A stretch of 64,000 bases of DNA. Origin: an uncultured Candidatus Saccharibacteria bacterium (GTDB taxonomy: Bacteria > Patescibacteriota > Minisyncoccia > Phycocordibacterales > GWA1-40-21). Numbering within the stretch: the first letter of the stretch is position 1; every line of letters begins with the position of its first letter. This document shows positions 9,425-19,539 of the stretch, one piece after another. A program made the position numbers and the translations under genes. The DNA lies in the NCBI GenBank assembly GCA_964567825.1, contig CAZMNX010000001.1, positions 34,775-98,774 on the forward strand, read 5' to 3'. The notes beneath the pieces were generated by a model. It searched no databases. It was not told the origin of the DNA and saw nothing but the letters and a program-made list of their open reading frames with translations.

Positions 9425-10333
9425 TCAACCCTGCCGGTCGAGGATCTGCCGGAGCCGCTCGAGCATCTGCTTGGCTGCTTCCTCCATGGCAATCTCGGAG
9501 TCCTCGGCCGGAATGTGAACAACCTTCCACCCCTTGCGCAGCCCGAGGTTGTTGTGCCCATCAGCCTTCGGAACCGTGTCCCGCACGCCACGCCAGAAGA
9601 TCTGACGTGCCATCGAAACTTGTTCCGTGACGTAACGGTTGCGCGTAACAGCCGCCTCAATCAGACACCTCGCTTCGGCTTCAGATGAAGCCCTGACCTG
9701 ATGGACCGGCTTGAGCTCCGGCACCCGACTGAGGCGCTCGAGGACCACGCCGACACCCAACACGACCGGAGAAACGATTTCCCCGATGATGGTCTCCTCA
9801 CGTTCAAGGCTAACCAGAGGAAACCTTTCCCCCTCGACCTGCGCCGCACTCACCTCCGGCCCGGACATCGCTCGGCGCAAATCGCCGAAGAAGGTCAGCG
9901 CCAAGTGATCAGGCGTCTCAAACAAAGGTGTCGACGAAGCTCGACCACTCGGAGAAACCACCAACCAGCCGTCGCGCAGGGCGATGTCGTTCCAATTCCC
10001 GGGGAAGGTATGCAATACCCCCTGCCAGAAAAGATCGTTCATCATCACGCGAATAGCGTCGATTTCTGTCTGCCGCTCCTGGTGGCTGACCAAGGCCTCA
10101 AAACACGGGCGTTCCCGCCGATAGGTCTGCGTGAAGCTTTCCTCCTCGTCGAGCATGAGCAAGCGAAGCCGCTCGCCTTCACAGTAGAAGTTGCGGATCA
10201 TGGGATCCATCATCGTCCCCACCGAAAGCTCGCCGGGCTGATACTCCCGGTCTGAACCGCCGGTATCGACCACAACCGCAGTGTTGTTAAAGATCCGACG
10301 CGCAGACTCGAACACAGACAACTTGGTAGTCAT
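9425..10333 (-). CDS. GC-rich cassette gene A: unknown 302-aa protein with internal repeat, paralog of the 31093..31947 product
   Basis: About 60% GC ORF in a <40% GC background, with an SD (GAGGGAAA) and a low-GC TTGACA-containing upstream region. Its N-terminus aligns with the 31.9-kb gene (TMMDPMIRNFYCEG vs VLTDPMGRAFYHYG), and the motif LFW.GV..(n)LGLR.GW occurs twice. Confidence 0.5.
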   Translation of the reverse strand: MTTKLSVFESARRIFNNTAVVVDTGGSDREYQPGELSVGTMMDPMIRNFYCEGERLRLLMLDEEESFTQTYRRERPCFEALVSHQERQTEIDAIRVMMNDLFWQGVLHTFPGNWNDIALRDGWLVVSPSGRASSTPLFETPDHLALTFFGDLRRAMSGPEVSAAQVEGERFPLVSLEREETIIGEIVSPVVLGVGVVLERLSRVPELKPVHQVRASSEAEARCLIEAAVTRNRYVTEQVSMARQIFWRGVRDTVPKADGHNNLGLRKGWKVVHIPAEDSEIAMEEAAKQMLERLRQILDRQG

Positions 10334-10431
10334 CGTATTTCCCTCGTTAGACGTTACAGTTCGGTCACACTTCTAATTAATAGACTAATATACAACTAAA
10401 ACTATGTCAACATATCTAAAATAAAGAAATG

Positions 10432-11202
10432 CTAGCCAAAAATCTCCTTAAAATGCTCTGTCAAAATCTCGCTTTTTTCCTCTTTATCTGCCTCACTTAT
10501 TAAATCCTGCCACTCCTTGGCGGTAGAATATCTTTCTTTAACGTGAACCTCAGCCTTGTCTTTCAGATTATTTATATTTAAAGCTGGATGACCAGCTATG
10601 GCCGATACCACTCCAGCTGTTCGGGAAATTTTTTCATCGGCTACCGGGCGGAGGTCTTCTGGTTCAATATAAAATGTATAAACCATACTTGTTGGAGCTA
10701 AACATTTTCGTAAAATTACCGATATACCATCTTTAAATTTAAATCTGGGATTTTTTTTACCAATTCTATCAGTACCGCCAGTTGGATACAGTAAAACAAT
10801 TCCCCCGCTTTCAATGTGCTCCTTTATTGTTCTGATAAAAGATAGGGCCTCGGTCGGATCATCAGTCGCTTTAATTAAGAGCTCTTCACCCACAATTGGT
10901 GCAAAAAAATTATAGTTCGATTCATTGATAACAATTTTTAAATCTTTTCTTTTTAAGGCATTTAGAATGGTAAAAGTATCATAATAACCAGGATGATTAG
11001 CAATAATAATTCCAGCTTCAGTATTCAATTTTTCTCTAGCCTCAGTAAAAGCCGCTTCATCAGACTGCTCGAGAGCGTAAACCGGTTTCAGTTTTGCCTC
11101 TTCTAAAACTTTAGCGCCTGTCGCTTGAAAACCACCCTCAGCCAAATTGAGCTGCAAATTATCCGCCGCTATCTTATACAAATCACCTTTTAATCCCTCC
11201 AT
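10432..11202 (-). CDS. lysophospholipid acyltransferase (PlsC-like)
   Basis: ANHPGYYD matches the H(X)4D acyltransferase motif; 256 aa. Confidence 0.55.
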   Translation of the reverse strand: MEGLKGDLYKIAADNLQLNLAEGGFQATGAKVLEEAKLKPVYALEQSDEAAFTEAREKLNTEAGIIIANHPGYYDTFTILNALKRKDLKIVINESNYNFFAPIVGEELLIKATDDPTEALSFIRTIKEHIESGGIVLLYPTGGTDRIGKKNPRFKFKDGISVILRKCLAPTSMVYTFYIEPEDLRPVADEKISRTAGVVSAIAGHPALNINNLKDKAEVHVKERYSTAKEWQDLISEADKEEKSEILTEHFKEIFG

Positions 11203-11323
11203 GTGTTTTTATTTTTCGCTTAAACATAAAAATATCATACCATTCTATCAAGTTAAAAGTCATCAACGAAAAATACTTACCCGCAGGTCTTTGGATAGAA
11301 TGGAGATTTTAGACAAATGAAAA

Positions 11324-11359
11324 GGCCTCGCACACAAGTGGCGTGAAGTGTGCGAGGCA
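11324..11359 (-). terminator. rho-independent terminator of GC-rich cassette B
   Basis: GGCCTCGCACAC-(12-nt loop)-GTGTGCGAGGC perfect inverted repeat, followed on the minus strand by CTTTTCATTT. Confidence 0.5.
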
Positions 11360-11415
11360 CCCTTCATCCCCCGTACGAGGCCGTAGCGAGAAGATTCTTG
11401 GTTCTCTCAGACCAT

Positions 11416-11892
11416 TTACCAGCCACCGCCCTGCAACCGCCTGGCCACAGTTCTCGGCTTTTCGATGAAGTCGCTCATATCGCTGCCCTGGTAAAAGGGG
11501 CGATACTGATGTTCCTTCATCCAGTCAGCCAAGGCAACGCACCGATTCGCCATACCCATGACGATGGCGTGCGAAGACGGAACGGCTGGTGCGCTCCATC
11601 CTCGACGCTCTTGCCACCACCGCACAATGCGTGAGCGAGCCTCGTGCGTCCAAACCGCGACGTTGCGTTCCCACTGGAGGCGATCGTGAATCTGATCGGC
11701 CGCTTGCCGAAAAAGATTCACAAGCTCTTCTGAGCTGAGTGTCTTCCACTCTTGTCCGCCGTGTATGGGTACCCCCTGAAAGAGGGCCTCGTAACGCCTG
11801 ACGATGGGGCCGGCAAACGAAATGTTATTCGTGTCCGCGCTGCTCACCAACTCAATCCCCCCACCCGTCTTCTTGTAACGAATTATCTTCAC
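11416..11892 (-). CDS. GC-rich cassette gene B: unknown 158-aa protein (GTG start, SD AGGAGA)
   Basis: GC-rich ORF; the GTG start is preceded by ACAGGAGATTCACC; no recognizable motif. Confidence 0.4.
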   Translation of the reverse strand: MKIIRYKKTGGGIELVSSADTNNISFAGPIVRRYEALFQGVPIHGGQEWKTLSSEELVNLFRQAADQIHDRLQWERNVAVWTHEARSRIVRWWQERRGWSAPAVPSSHAIVMGMANRCVALADWMKEHQYRPFYQGSDMSDFIEKPRTVARRLQGGGW

Positions 11893-11977
11893 GGTGAATC
11901 TCCTGTTCTATCCGTTATTTCAACACCTGACTAGAACCCTATATATAACTCTAGCATATTTATTATAAAAAGTCAAA

Positions 11978-12007
11978 TGCGGAGGATATGGGACGACGTT
12001 GGAGCAG
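11978..12007. repeat. 30-bp direct repeat copy 1 (TGCGGAGGATATGGGACGACGTTGGAGCAG)
   Basis: 29/30 identical to the copy at 12730..12759; lies about 85 nt upstream of the cassette-B gene start, in that gene's orientation. Confidence 0.8.
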
Positions 12008-12035
12008 TATTGATAGAAAGTGAAGACGAACCGTG

Positions 12036-12692
12036 TTATTTCTGATATACAATCTTTAGACTTTTAATAGTCACTCCTGAATGCGGAGATGAAAAAGAAA
12101 TTTTTGATAAATAGATTTTTGATAAGCCAGCAAATAGCGCATTAAAATCATCCTGTTCGTAGTGTCGAATAACCCTTTCAATTTTGTTATTCTTGTCGTA
12201 AGAAAAACCGACACTATCTTCCCCTAGGATTTTTTTAGCAATTTGATATCTACTTTTATAGTCGGGTGAATAGGTCGCATCACAAAGCCACAGATATCCT
12301 CCACTTTTTAGAACGCGTATTATTTCTTTAGCGGCAGCTATTTGCTTTTTCTTAGAAATAATACTAGCAAAGACATACGGAACAACGACCGCATCGAATG
12401 TCTCATTGGCAAAAGGGAGTTCGTTAGTTATGTCTGCTCTCTTATAACTAATATTGCCATTTATCTTTTTACCCTCTTTTAAGGCTTTCACATTTAGGTC
12501 AACCCCAGTAACCGTATATCCTTTTCTAAATAAAAAATCAGAGACTTTCCCTATTCCACAACCGACATCGAGAATATTACTTCTCACCTTCAGGTGGTTG
12601 GTCAATTCTGGGCCGGGAAATACTGTCCCTGATAGAATTTTTTCGGGTTGAATATTTTTCCAATATTCTTTATTAAATTTATCACTATCCAT
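12036..12692 (-). CDS. class I SAM-dependent methyltransferase
   Basis: VLDVGCGIGKVSDFL glycine-rich SAM motif I; 218 aa. Confidence 0.75.
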   Translation of the reverse strand: MDSDKFNKEYWKNIQPEKILSGTVFPGPELTNHLKVRSNILDVGCGIGKVSDFLFRKGYTVTGVDLNVKALKEGKKINGNISYKRADITNELPFANETFDAVVVPYVFASIISKKKQIAAAKEIIRVLKSGGYLWLCDATYSPDYKSRYQIAKKILGEDSVGFSYDKNNKIERVIRHYEQDDFNALFAGLSKIYLSKISFSSPHSGVTIKSLKIVYQK

Positions 12693-12729
12693 CGAACGGC
12701 TATTGTAGCAAAATTTATTTGCGGAGGAT

Positions 12730-12759
12730 ATGGGACGACGTTGGAACAGCTTTAAACAA
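12730..12759. repeat. 30-bp direct repeat copy 2 (TGCGGAGGATATGGGACGACGTTGGAACAG)
   Basis: Overlaps the last codons of the ABC-F gene and lies about 38 nt upstream of the methyltransferase start. Confidence 0.8.
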
Positions 12760-14203
12760 TCGTTCCCCCACGGATAGTCAGGGTACGAGTAATTGATATC
12801 TTTTCGATAAAATAGCGATCGTGAGAAACTACAATGATAGAGCCCTTATAATCGACCAACGCGCTTTCAATTATTTCTCGAGAAATAATGTCGAGATGAT
12901 TTGTCGGCTCGTCCAAAACGAGTAGCTCGTTTTCTTGATTTGTTAATTTAGCGAAAATAAGCCTCACCCTTTCACCCAGACTTAAATCGGAAACTTTTTT
13001 AAAAATATCCTGTCCACGAAAAATAAAGGCGCCCAAGATGGCCCTAGGATCCCTTGTCGTGCCAATTAATCTATCAGTGTTTAAGAATTCTTCAATTACA
13101 GTCTTATTCGGGTCTAAGTTTTCATGCTCTTGGGCAAAGTAACCGATATGAACTTTTTCACCAATTCTTACGTTTCCCTCATCTAGCGCGAGGTCGCCGG
13201 CTATTATTTTAAGTAAAGTTGTTTTTCCCGAACCATTATCCCCGGAAAGTAAAATCCTTTCTCCTCCTCTTACCTCAAGATTGATTCTCCAAAGAATATT
13301 TTTTTCGGCAAATCTTTTGGTCACCTCTTTAACTCTAATTATAAGTTTGGAGGCAGCTGTTTCTCCTTTTAGGTCGAGCCCCCGAATCTTATTGTATTCT
13401 CTTGGCTTGATGATTTCTTGACTGTAAATTTCTCTTTCTAATCTTTTTTCCATCGCCCTGATCTGCTTGCCCTTGGCAGGATCTGGATGCACATGTGCCT
13501 CTTGTTTTTTTAGAGCTAACCAAAGTTCCATCCGCTTCTTTTCTTTTTGCTGTCGCCAATAATTATCCTCCTGCCTCAAAAGCTGATTGTTCCTCTCCGT
13601 CACGTAGTCACTATAACCTCCAACGTATTGAGTAAATTTATGATTTACAGGATTAATTTCTAATATCTTACTTACACAGTTATCAAGTAATTTTCTATCG
13701 TGAGAGATTAGTAAGATTGCCCCCTTAAAATCCTTAATGAGGCTTTCGAGCCACTCTACACCCTTCTTATCCAAATGGTTTGTCGGTTCATCAAGTAGTA
13801 AAATGCCGGCCCCTTCAAGTAATATTTTTGCTAGGGCTAGTCTGGTTTTTTGCCCTCCGCTTAATTTATTTACTAATGTGTCAGTTGCTACCTTGCTAAG
13901 CCCAACTTTTTCAAGAATTGATTTCGCCCTACCGACGCTTTCGTCGATTGATAGGAAACTCTTTATTGTGTCAGTACCCTGATGGGACGGTTGTTGTGGC
14001 AAATAGCCAACTCTTTCGTGATCTATCTGAACATTACCCCCATCTGCTTCTATTTCACCAACGATTATCTTCATAAGGGTTGATTTACCAGAACCATTTG
14101 GTCCAACTAAGCCGATTTTATCTTTTTTGTCCAAGGTAAAAGACACCTTTTCAAAGAGGGGCTCACCTAGTATCGATTTTGTTATATTTTTTACGGTAAT
14201 CAT
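12752..14203 (-). CDS. ABC-F family ATPase (EttA-like translation factor), two ABC domains, no TM
   Basis: Two Walker A motifs (GPNGSGKST, GDNGSGKTT), two LSGG signatures and a charged linker; 483 aa. Confidence 0.85.
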   Translation of the reverse strand: MITVKNITKSILGEPLFEKVSFTLDKKDKIGLVGPNGSGKSTLMKIIVGEIEADGGNVQIDHERVGYLPQQPSHQGTDTIKSFLSIDESVGRAKSILEKVGLSKVATDTLVNKLSGGQKTRLALAKILLEGAGILLLDEPTNHLDKKGVEWLESLIKDFKGAILLISHDRKLLDNCVSKILEINPVNHKFTQYVGGYSDYVTERNNQLLRQEDNYWRQQKEKKRMELWLALKKQEAHVHPDPAKGKQIRAMEKRLEREIYSQEIIKPREYNKIRGLDLKGETAASKLIIRVKEVTKRFAEKNILWRINLEVRGGERILLSGDNGSGKTTLLKIIAGDLALDEGNVRIGEKVHIGYFAQEHENLDPNKTVIEEFLNTDRLIGTTRDPRAILGAFIFRGQDIFKKVSDLSLGERVRLIFAKLTNQENELLVLDEPTNHLDIISREIIESALVDYKGSIIVVSHDRYFIEKISITRTLTIRGGTIV

Positions 14204-14424
14204 TTTTTTGTTAAGAATTAAAAAAAACCAGCTAGTGCCGGTTTTTCAAAAAAGATGGTTAAACGCTAGAATTAAGTTAGTTTTTTTGAAATTTTACCCA
14301 GCACAAAACAGCCTGAGTAGTTGCTCCCTTAAAGTTCTTGAACAGAATGTAAAATTTGTCTTTCATGACGTTTATTATAGTACTACAAAAACGCACTAAT
14401 TGCAATATGACACCTAAATATTAT

Positions 14425-14514
14425 TGGCGGAGGAGGTGAGATTCGAACTCACGGCACCCTTGCGAGCGCGACAGTTTTCAAGACTGTTCCTTTAAACCAC
14501 TCAGGCACTCCTCC
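14425..14514 (-). tRNA. tRNA-Ser (TGA), type II, encoded CCA
   Basis: Acceptor GGAGGAG/CTCCTCC, anticodon stem ACAGT/ACTGT with loop CTTGAAA, long variable arm, T-loop TTCGAAT, 3' GCCA. Confidence 0.8.
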
Positions 14515-14561
14515 GTGCTTGAAATATTGCCATATTTTAAGAGTATTTTCAAGCTTAAATC

Positions 14562-15470
14562 TTATTCCGCCTTATTCACTTTATGCCCACCGAATTTATT
14601 ACGCATAGCGGAAATTAATTTACCAGCGTAAGTTGGTGTAGTGCGTGACTGCTCACGGACCTCAAGCGCATTCTCCAAGCTAGGCATCTTACCATCAGCC
14701 TCAGCTAAAAGTTTTTTCATCTCCTCTTCCGTCTCCCCTTTTGGCACATTACCAGAAATAGCATCCAGGTAACCGGTCTCATTAAAAGATTCAGCCAGCC
14801 AGGTCATTAATTTACTGTCCACAATACTACCGTGAGAATAAACTTTAGCAACTTCTTTTAAATCCACATTCAGGCTGGAATTCTTTATTACTTCAAAACC
14901 TTCGCCAAGGGCCGACATCATGCCATATTCGATCCCGTTGTGCACCATCTTTACAAAGTGGCCGGCACCGGAATTTCCCAAATAAGCAAAACCTTCTGGC
15001 CCAGCTAAATCTTTAAAAACATTTTTAGTGTATTCAAAACTTTCTTTATCACCACCAATCATGAGGCACGCTCCATTTCGGGCCCCGCCCATTCCACCAG
15101 AAGTACCACAATCCATAAAACTCACGCCCACCTTCTTTAATTTGGCGTAACGAGCTTGGGAATCTTTATAATAAGAATTACCGCCGTCGATCACGATATC
15201 GCCCTCATTTAAAAGTGGGGTGAGCTCGCCAAGCACTTGATCCAAGGCTTCACCAGCGTTCACCATGAGCCAGATTACTTTCTTTTCTGGCAATAATTTT
15301 ACCAACTCAGAAACTGAAGACGATGGCGCCGCTCCAACCTTAACCACTTCTTGCATTTTTTCCTGAGTACGATTAAAAACTACCACTTCATATTTATGAT
15401 CAAGTAAATTCAAAACCATATTTGAGCCCATGCGGCCGAGACCGATAAAACCAATTTTTAACTTTTCCAT
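14562..15470 (-). CDS. gnd: 6-phosphogluconate dehydrogenase (decarboxylating), short form
   Basis: N-terminal Rossmann motif GFIGLGRMGSNMVLNL; about 300 aa; adjacent to zwf. Confidence 0.8.
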   Translation of the reverse strand: MEKLKIGFIGLGRMGSNMVLNLLDHKYEVVVFNRTQEKMQEVVKVGAAPSSSVSELVKLLPEKKVIWLMVNAGEALDQVLGELTPLLNEGDIVIDGGNSYYKDSQARYAKLKKVGVSFMDCGTSGGMGGARNGACLMIGGDKESFEYTKNVFKDLAGPEGFAYLGNSGAGHFVKMVHNGIEYGMMSALGEGFEVIKNSSLNVDLKEVAKVYSHGSIVDSKLMTWLAESFNETGYLDAISGNVPKGETEEEMKKLLAEADGKMPSLENALEVREQSRTTPTYAGKLISAMRNKFGGHKVNKAE

Positions 15471-16846
15471 ATAATATTATTTTTCTTATTCCAATCGGCT
15501 AGTTCTTTTGGTCCAGAACTACCAATTGGATATTTATAAACTTCCAAATTTCGACGGTCAATTTTGTCTACCACCTTCCAGGCTAATTCGACTTCATCAT
15601 TTCGCACAAAAACCGACTGTTCGCCAGACAAGGCCTGCTCTAATAAAACTTCATAAGCCTCCGGGGTATTCTCGCCATGTGTGCAATGATGGCAATATTC
15701 CATATCAACAGTTTCAACCTCAAAACCTCTTCGTAAGGATTTGGAATTAAGTTCAAAAGAAAAACCCTCTTCTGGTTCAATTCTGATAGTTAGATAGTTA
15801 CTGTCGGAAGGGCAGGTTTTTGAAAGCAAGCAGTCTACTGGTTTAAATCGAATATGAATTACTGCTTCTTTCTTGTTCATATTTTTACCAGAACGAACAA
15901 AGAACGGCACTCCCCGCCATCTCTTATTATTTATTTCCAGTTTGGCTGCAAAAAAAGTTTCTGTTCTAGAATCGGTGCTGACTCCTTTTTCTTGAGCATA
16001 ACCCTCGTACTGCCCCAAAATTAGATCTTTAATTTTTGTCTTCTTTAAAACTTTTACTTTCTGATCACGCAAATATTCGCCGGAAAGAAACTTTGGTGAC
16101 TCCATGGCCACAAGTGAAACCATTTGCAAAATATGATTTTGTAACATGTCTTTTACGGCACCGTATTTATCAAAATAATTACCACGATTTTTGATGCCGA
16201 AATCCTCATCACGAATAATTTGTACGGAGTCAATGTGCTTATTATTCCATAAAGGCTCAAGAATCCGATTGGTAAAACGCAGCAAAGCAATATTCCCCAC
16301 TAATTCCTTACCGAGATAATGGTCCACACGAAAAACATTTTTTTCAGCAAAAACTTTATCAATGCTTTTATTAATTTTTTGAGCCGAAGACAAACCATCG
16401 CCAAACGGCTTTTCGTAAAGTACTCTCTCCCATTTATTATCTTTACTATTTACTAAGCCAACCTTCGCTAAATTCTCACTGGCAACCGTAAAATGTTCAG
16501 GTAGGGTGGCGAGATAAAATAAACGATTTCCAGACAAGCCCTCTCTTTGTTCAATTTCTAAAATTTTATTTTTTAAACTTTCGAAATCAGCCGTCTGATC
16601 AAAATCTAGTCTCTGATAATAGGCCGAGTTACAGAGTTTGGTCCAAACCGCCTCGTCAATATTTTTAATATTTTGTTTGGCCTCAGCTAGAATCGATTGA
16701 ATCGAAACGTCTGAACGGGCCACGCCAATCAGAGCCACTTTAGAAATCGTATTGAGCTTAAGAAGAGTATATAGAGCCGGAATGAGTTTTAACTTAGCCA
16801 GATCCCCTGTCGCTCCCATGATTATAAAAGTAAAATTCCTGTCCAT
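15458..16846 (-). CDS. zwf: glucose-6-phosphate 1-dehydrogenase
   Basis: RVDHYLGKE active-site motif and the N-terminal NADP-binding GATGDLA. Confidence 0.85.
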   Translation of the reverse strand: MDRNFTFIIMGATGDLAKLKLIPALYTLLKLNTISKVALIGVARSDVSIQSILAEAKQNIKNIDEAVWTKLCNSAYYQRLDFDQTADFESLKNKILEIEQREGLSGNRLFYLATLPEHFTVASENLAKVGLVNSKDNKWERVLYEKPFGDGLSSAQKINKSIDKVFAEKNVFRVDHYLGKELVGNIALLRFTNRILEPLWNNKHIDSVQIIRDEDFGIKNRGNYFDKYGAVKDMLQNHILQMVSLVAMESPKFLSGEYLRDQKVKVLKKTKIKDLILGQYEGYAQEKGVSTDSRTETFFAAKLEINNKRWRGVPFFVRSGKNMNKKEAVIHIRFKPVDCLLSKTCPSDSNYLTIRIEPEEGFSFELNSKSLRRGFEVETVDMEYCHHCTHGENTPEAYEVLLEQALSGEQSVFVRNDEVELAWKVVDKIDRRNLEVYKYPIGSSGPKELADWNKKNNIIWKS

Positions 16847-16851
16847 ATTAT

Positions 16852-18282
16852 CTATATCTTACCATAAATCTTATAATGGTAGCCGTAACAGTCCCCTTTG
16901 GCGATTCCTTTTAAATTATCAGTCCTAATAAAAGTTTCACCCCACTCCGACGGGCTAACGTTCATGATATATTTATGATCTCTTAATAAATAACTTATAT
17001 CAGTATGGTAGTCATTAATTAATATAGTCTTTACTAAAAAAATATCTTCAAAATGTTGGTGAGCGGCGATAATTGGCCGGTGTTTCTCCACCCATTCGTT
17101 GAGCCAGCGACTGGTCACAAAGGCAGTATTTAATTTTTCATATTTTGCTATCTGATTTTTAATCACCTGAACACACAAACTCTGCTGGATTTGATCCCCA
17201 TTTTTTTTATTGATATCAACAATATCCGACAAGCCTAACAAAATAAAAACAGCAAAAACTAAAATAAAGTAAGCAGCCTTGTTTTGAAAAAAAATCTTTT
17301 CTAGAACCAAGCAAATACACAGAATAAAAATGGGGTACATTATGAAAAAATAACGCCAGGCGAATAGGGGTGTAATCAAAGTAATAATAGAAGGAAAAGC
17401 GAAGCAGACACCGAGACCAATAATTAAAATTCTTTCGGTCAGGTAAGAGTTACTATTTTTATGATCTTCATTTTTTCGAATAAAATGGCTCGCAATAAAA
17501 TAGGCGAATAAAATCAAAAATGGAATTACTAAAATATCGTTTGACGACATTGCACTAAAAGTGGCATAAATATCACTAAATTTTGTCGGTGGCATCCAAT
17601 TGCCATATGACGTTCCATTAATTTTCCGAATAATTTGAACCAAAATAAAGAACCAGACCGGCAAAGCCGCCACAAAAATTATCAAATGTGACCAGATTAA
17701 TTTTTTAGAATCAACGATTTTCTGCCTAAATTTATATAAGATAACTACATTAAACAATAATACGAATACTCCAAAAATATGAGTATATAGGAGGGCTAAA
17801 TTGGCAAAAATATAGCCCGGTCTAGAATATTTTTTTGGTTTAAATAATAAACTAAATAAAAAGTATAGGGAGATTACGGCCAAAAGAAATAACAACGAAT
17901 ACATTCTCGCTATTTGGGAGTAGGACATATGAAAAATAGAGAGAGAAACGACACCGGTAGCCAAAAGTGCGGCTCTTTTACCAAAAAAGTCCAGGGCAAA
18001 CTTAGCAAAGACAATAATACCGATCACTCCAAAAATTACTGATAATATTCGCAAGTTAATTTCAGACATACCAAAAATAATACTGAAAAGTTTAGCTATA
18101 TAAAAATATAAAGGAACATGAACATCATTGTACATTTGCACATTCATGTCTACAAAACCTCTACCGATAATATCGTAGGTATACCATTCATCATGCGAGA
18201 ATGGAAAATTTAGAGGATAGATTCGTAAAAATACACCGAAAGCGACGATGACACCAATTGCAAAATAATAAGCTTTTTTCAT
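16852..18282 (-). CDS. GT-C fold membrane glycosyltransferase (GT39/ArnT/PMT-like)
   Basis: Polytopic membrane protein (>10 TM) with an HDE motif in the first loop, directly downstream of a polyprenyl-phosphate sugar synthase-like gene. Confidence 0.45.
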   Translation of the reverse strand: MKKAYYFAIGVIVAFGVFLRIYPLNFPFSHDEWYTYDIIGRGFVDMNVQMYNDVHVPLYFYIAKLFSIIFGMSEINLRILSVIFGVIGIIVFAKFALDFFGKRAALLATGVVSLSIFHMSYSQIARMYSLLFLLAVISLYFLFSLLFKPKKYSRPGYIFANLALLYTHIFGVFVLLFNVVILYKFRQKIVDSKKLIWSHLIIFVAALPVWFFILVQIIRKINGTSYGNWMPPTKFSDIYATFSAMSSNDILVIPFLILFAYFIASHFIRKNEDHKNSNSYLTERILIIGLGVCFAFPSIITLITPLFAWRYFFIMYPIFILCICLVLEKIFFQNKAAYFILVFAVFILLGLSDIVDINKKNGDQIQQSLCVQVIKNQIAKYEKLNTAFVTSRWLNEWVEKHRPIIAAHQHFEDIFLVKTILINDYHTDISYLLRDHKYIMNVSPSEWGETFIRTDNLKGIAKGDCYGYHYKIYGKI

Positions 18283-19448
18283 TAGTATTTATTGCGTAAA
18301 AAATTATACTGGATGAACAAAAAATCTCTTAAAGTCAGCAACGTGTCCCGCACTGGTCGCAAACTCGAAGCCCGGTCATCTTTCCATCGAATCGGTACCT
18401 CCAGTATTTTATAATCATAAAATTGCGACACAGCCAAAAACTCCAAATCAAAACCAAATCTTTTAATTTGTTGTTTACCAAAAATTTCTTTGGCAACCTG
18501 GCTTTTCATCAATTTAAAACCACATTGTGTATCCTTAATATCCTTAATAAGGGTAGAACTTAAAATTGAACCCGCGCGGCTGATTATTTTCCGATAAAGG
18601 GGCTGTTTCAGTTCGATTACGCTCTCCTTTAGCTTTCGTGAACCAATTACAACGTCAAATTCACCAATATATTTTTGTAGGTTTAGAAGTTCTTCGATCG
18701 GAGTAGAACTATCGGCATCCGTAAACAAAATATATCTTCCCCTACTATTTTCTATCCCAAGCTTGACCGCATTACCTTTTCCTTGATTCGGAATTACATC
18801 AATTTTTTTCAACACCGCTGTGTTGAATTTAAAATCCGACACTTTTTTCGAAGTATCATCCCTAGATCCATCATTCACTACTATGACCTCGCACTTGTGG
18901 CCAAAAGATTTAAAAAAATTATCAATAGATGCCAAAGTTCGGAGAATTCTATCGCCTTCATTATAGGCCGGAATCACAATCGAATAATCAAAATCATATT
19001 TCACTTCTAAAAATTCTTTTTTTTCAAAAATTTTAAAGGTCCAACGCTTATTGCCCCAATAATTCCAGTATAAGACCAGCAAAGAAGTGATTATTTTAGC
19101 CAAGATGTACCACAGACCAGCGACAATGTGTAAAAAATACATAAGCAAGAGGGTGATACCCAAACCAACCAACGAAATTATCAAAAATTTCAGATATTGG
19201 TGGTGATAAGCCTTGCTTTTATTACCAAAAGTCCAGAGCTTATTCCAAATGAAGTTATTGGTGGCCGCCAAGATAAAGGAGATGGTGGCACCCCAAATGA
19301 CGCCAAAACCCAAATATTCAACCAAAACAAACAAAAAAACTAGGTCAATAATCGTACCGGTAGTCCCCACCACACAATAACGAATCATTCGCTTAATTTC
19401 TTTCATGTTTGTGTGAAAATAATAGCATATTTCAACAAATTTACCCAA
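18282..19448 (-). CDS. GtrA-like TM domain fused to a GT2 polyprenyl-phosphate glycosyltransferase (DPM1-like)
   Basis: N-terminal four-TM GtrA-like region, then VIPAYNE, DGSRDDT and DADSSTP (DXD) motifs. Confidence 0.65.
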   Translation of the reverse strand: MGKFVEICYYFHTNMKEIKRMIRYCVVGTTGTIIDLVFLFVLVEYLGFGVIWGATISFILAATNNFIWNKLWTFGNKSKAYHHQYLKFLIISLVGLGITLLLMYFLHIVAGLWYILAKIITSLLVLYWNYWGNKRWTFKIFEKKEFLEVKYDFDYSIVIPAYNEGDRILRTLASIDNFFKSFGHKCEVIVVNDGSRDDTSKKVSDFKFNTAVLKKIDVIPNQGKGNAVKLGIENSRGRYILFTDADSSTPIEELLNLQKYIGEFDVVIGSRKLKESVIELKQPLYRKIISRAGSILSSTLIKDIKDTQCGFKLMKSQVAKEIFGKQQIKRFGFDLEFLAVSQFYDYKILEVPIRWKDDRASSLRPVRDTLLTLRDFLFIQYNFLRNKY

Positions 19449-19539
19449 AGAACAGGCTTCTTAAGCATCTTATTGCAAGGTAAATACCGATTATGATACA
19501 ATTGTTAGATATTAATTATTTATTACTAATCTTAATCTA

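Noticed and set aside
9291-10255. Multiple overlapping ORFs in several frames (9291..9530, 9325..9660, 9347..9688, 9358..9630, 9661..9849, 9701..10255, 9711..9908)
   Set aside because: They lie inside or adjacent to the GC-rich cassette, where high GC suppresses stop codons in every frame. Only the 9425..10333 minus-strand ORF has an SD, a paralog elsewhere in the window and a terminator, so the others are treated as spurious.
14204-14424. Possible hairpin terminator AAAAAAAACCAGCTAGTGCCGGTTTTT downstream of tRNA-Ser
   Set aside because: The stem has an A·C mismatch and only 5-6 bp; it is too weak to call.
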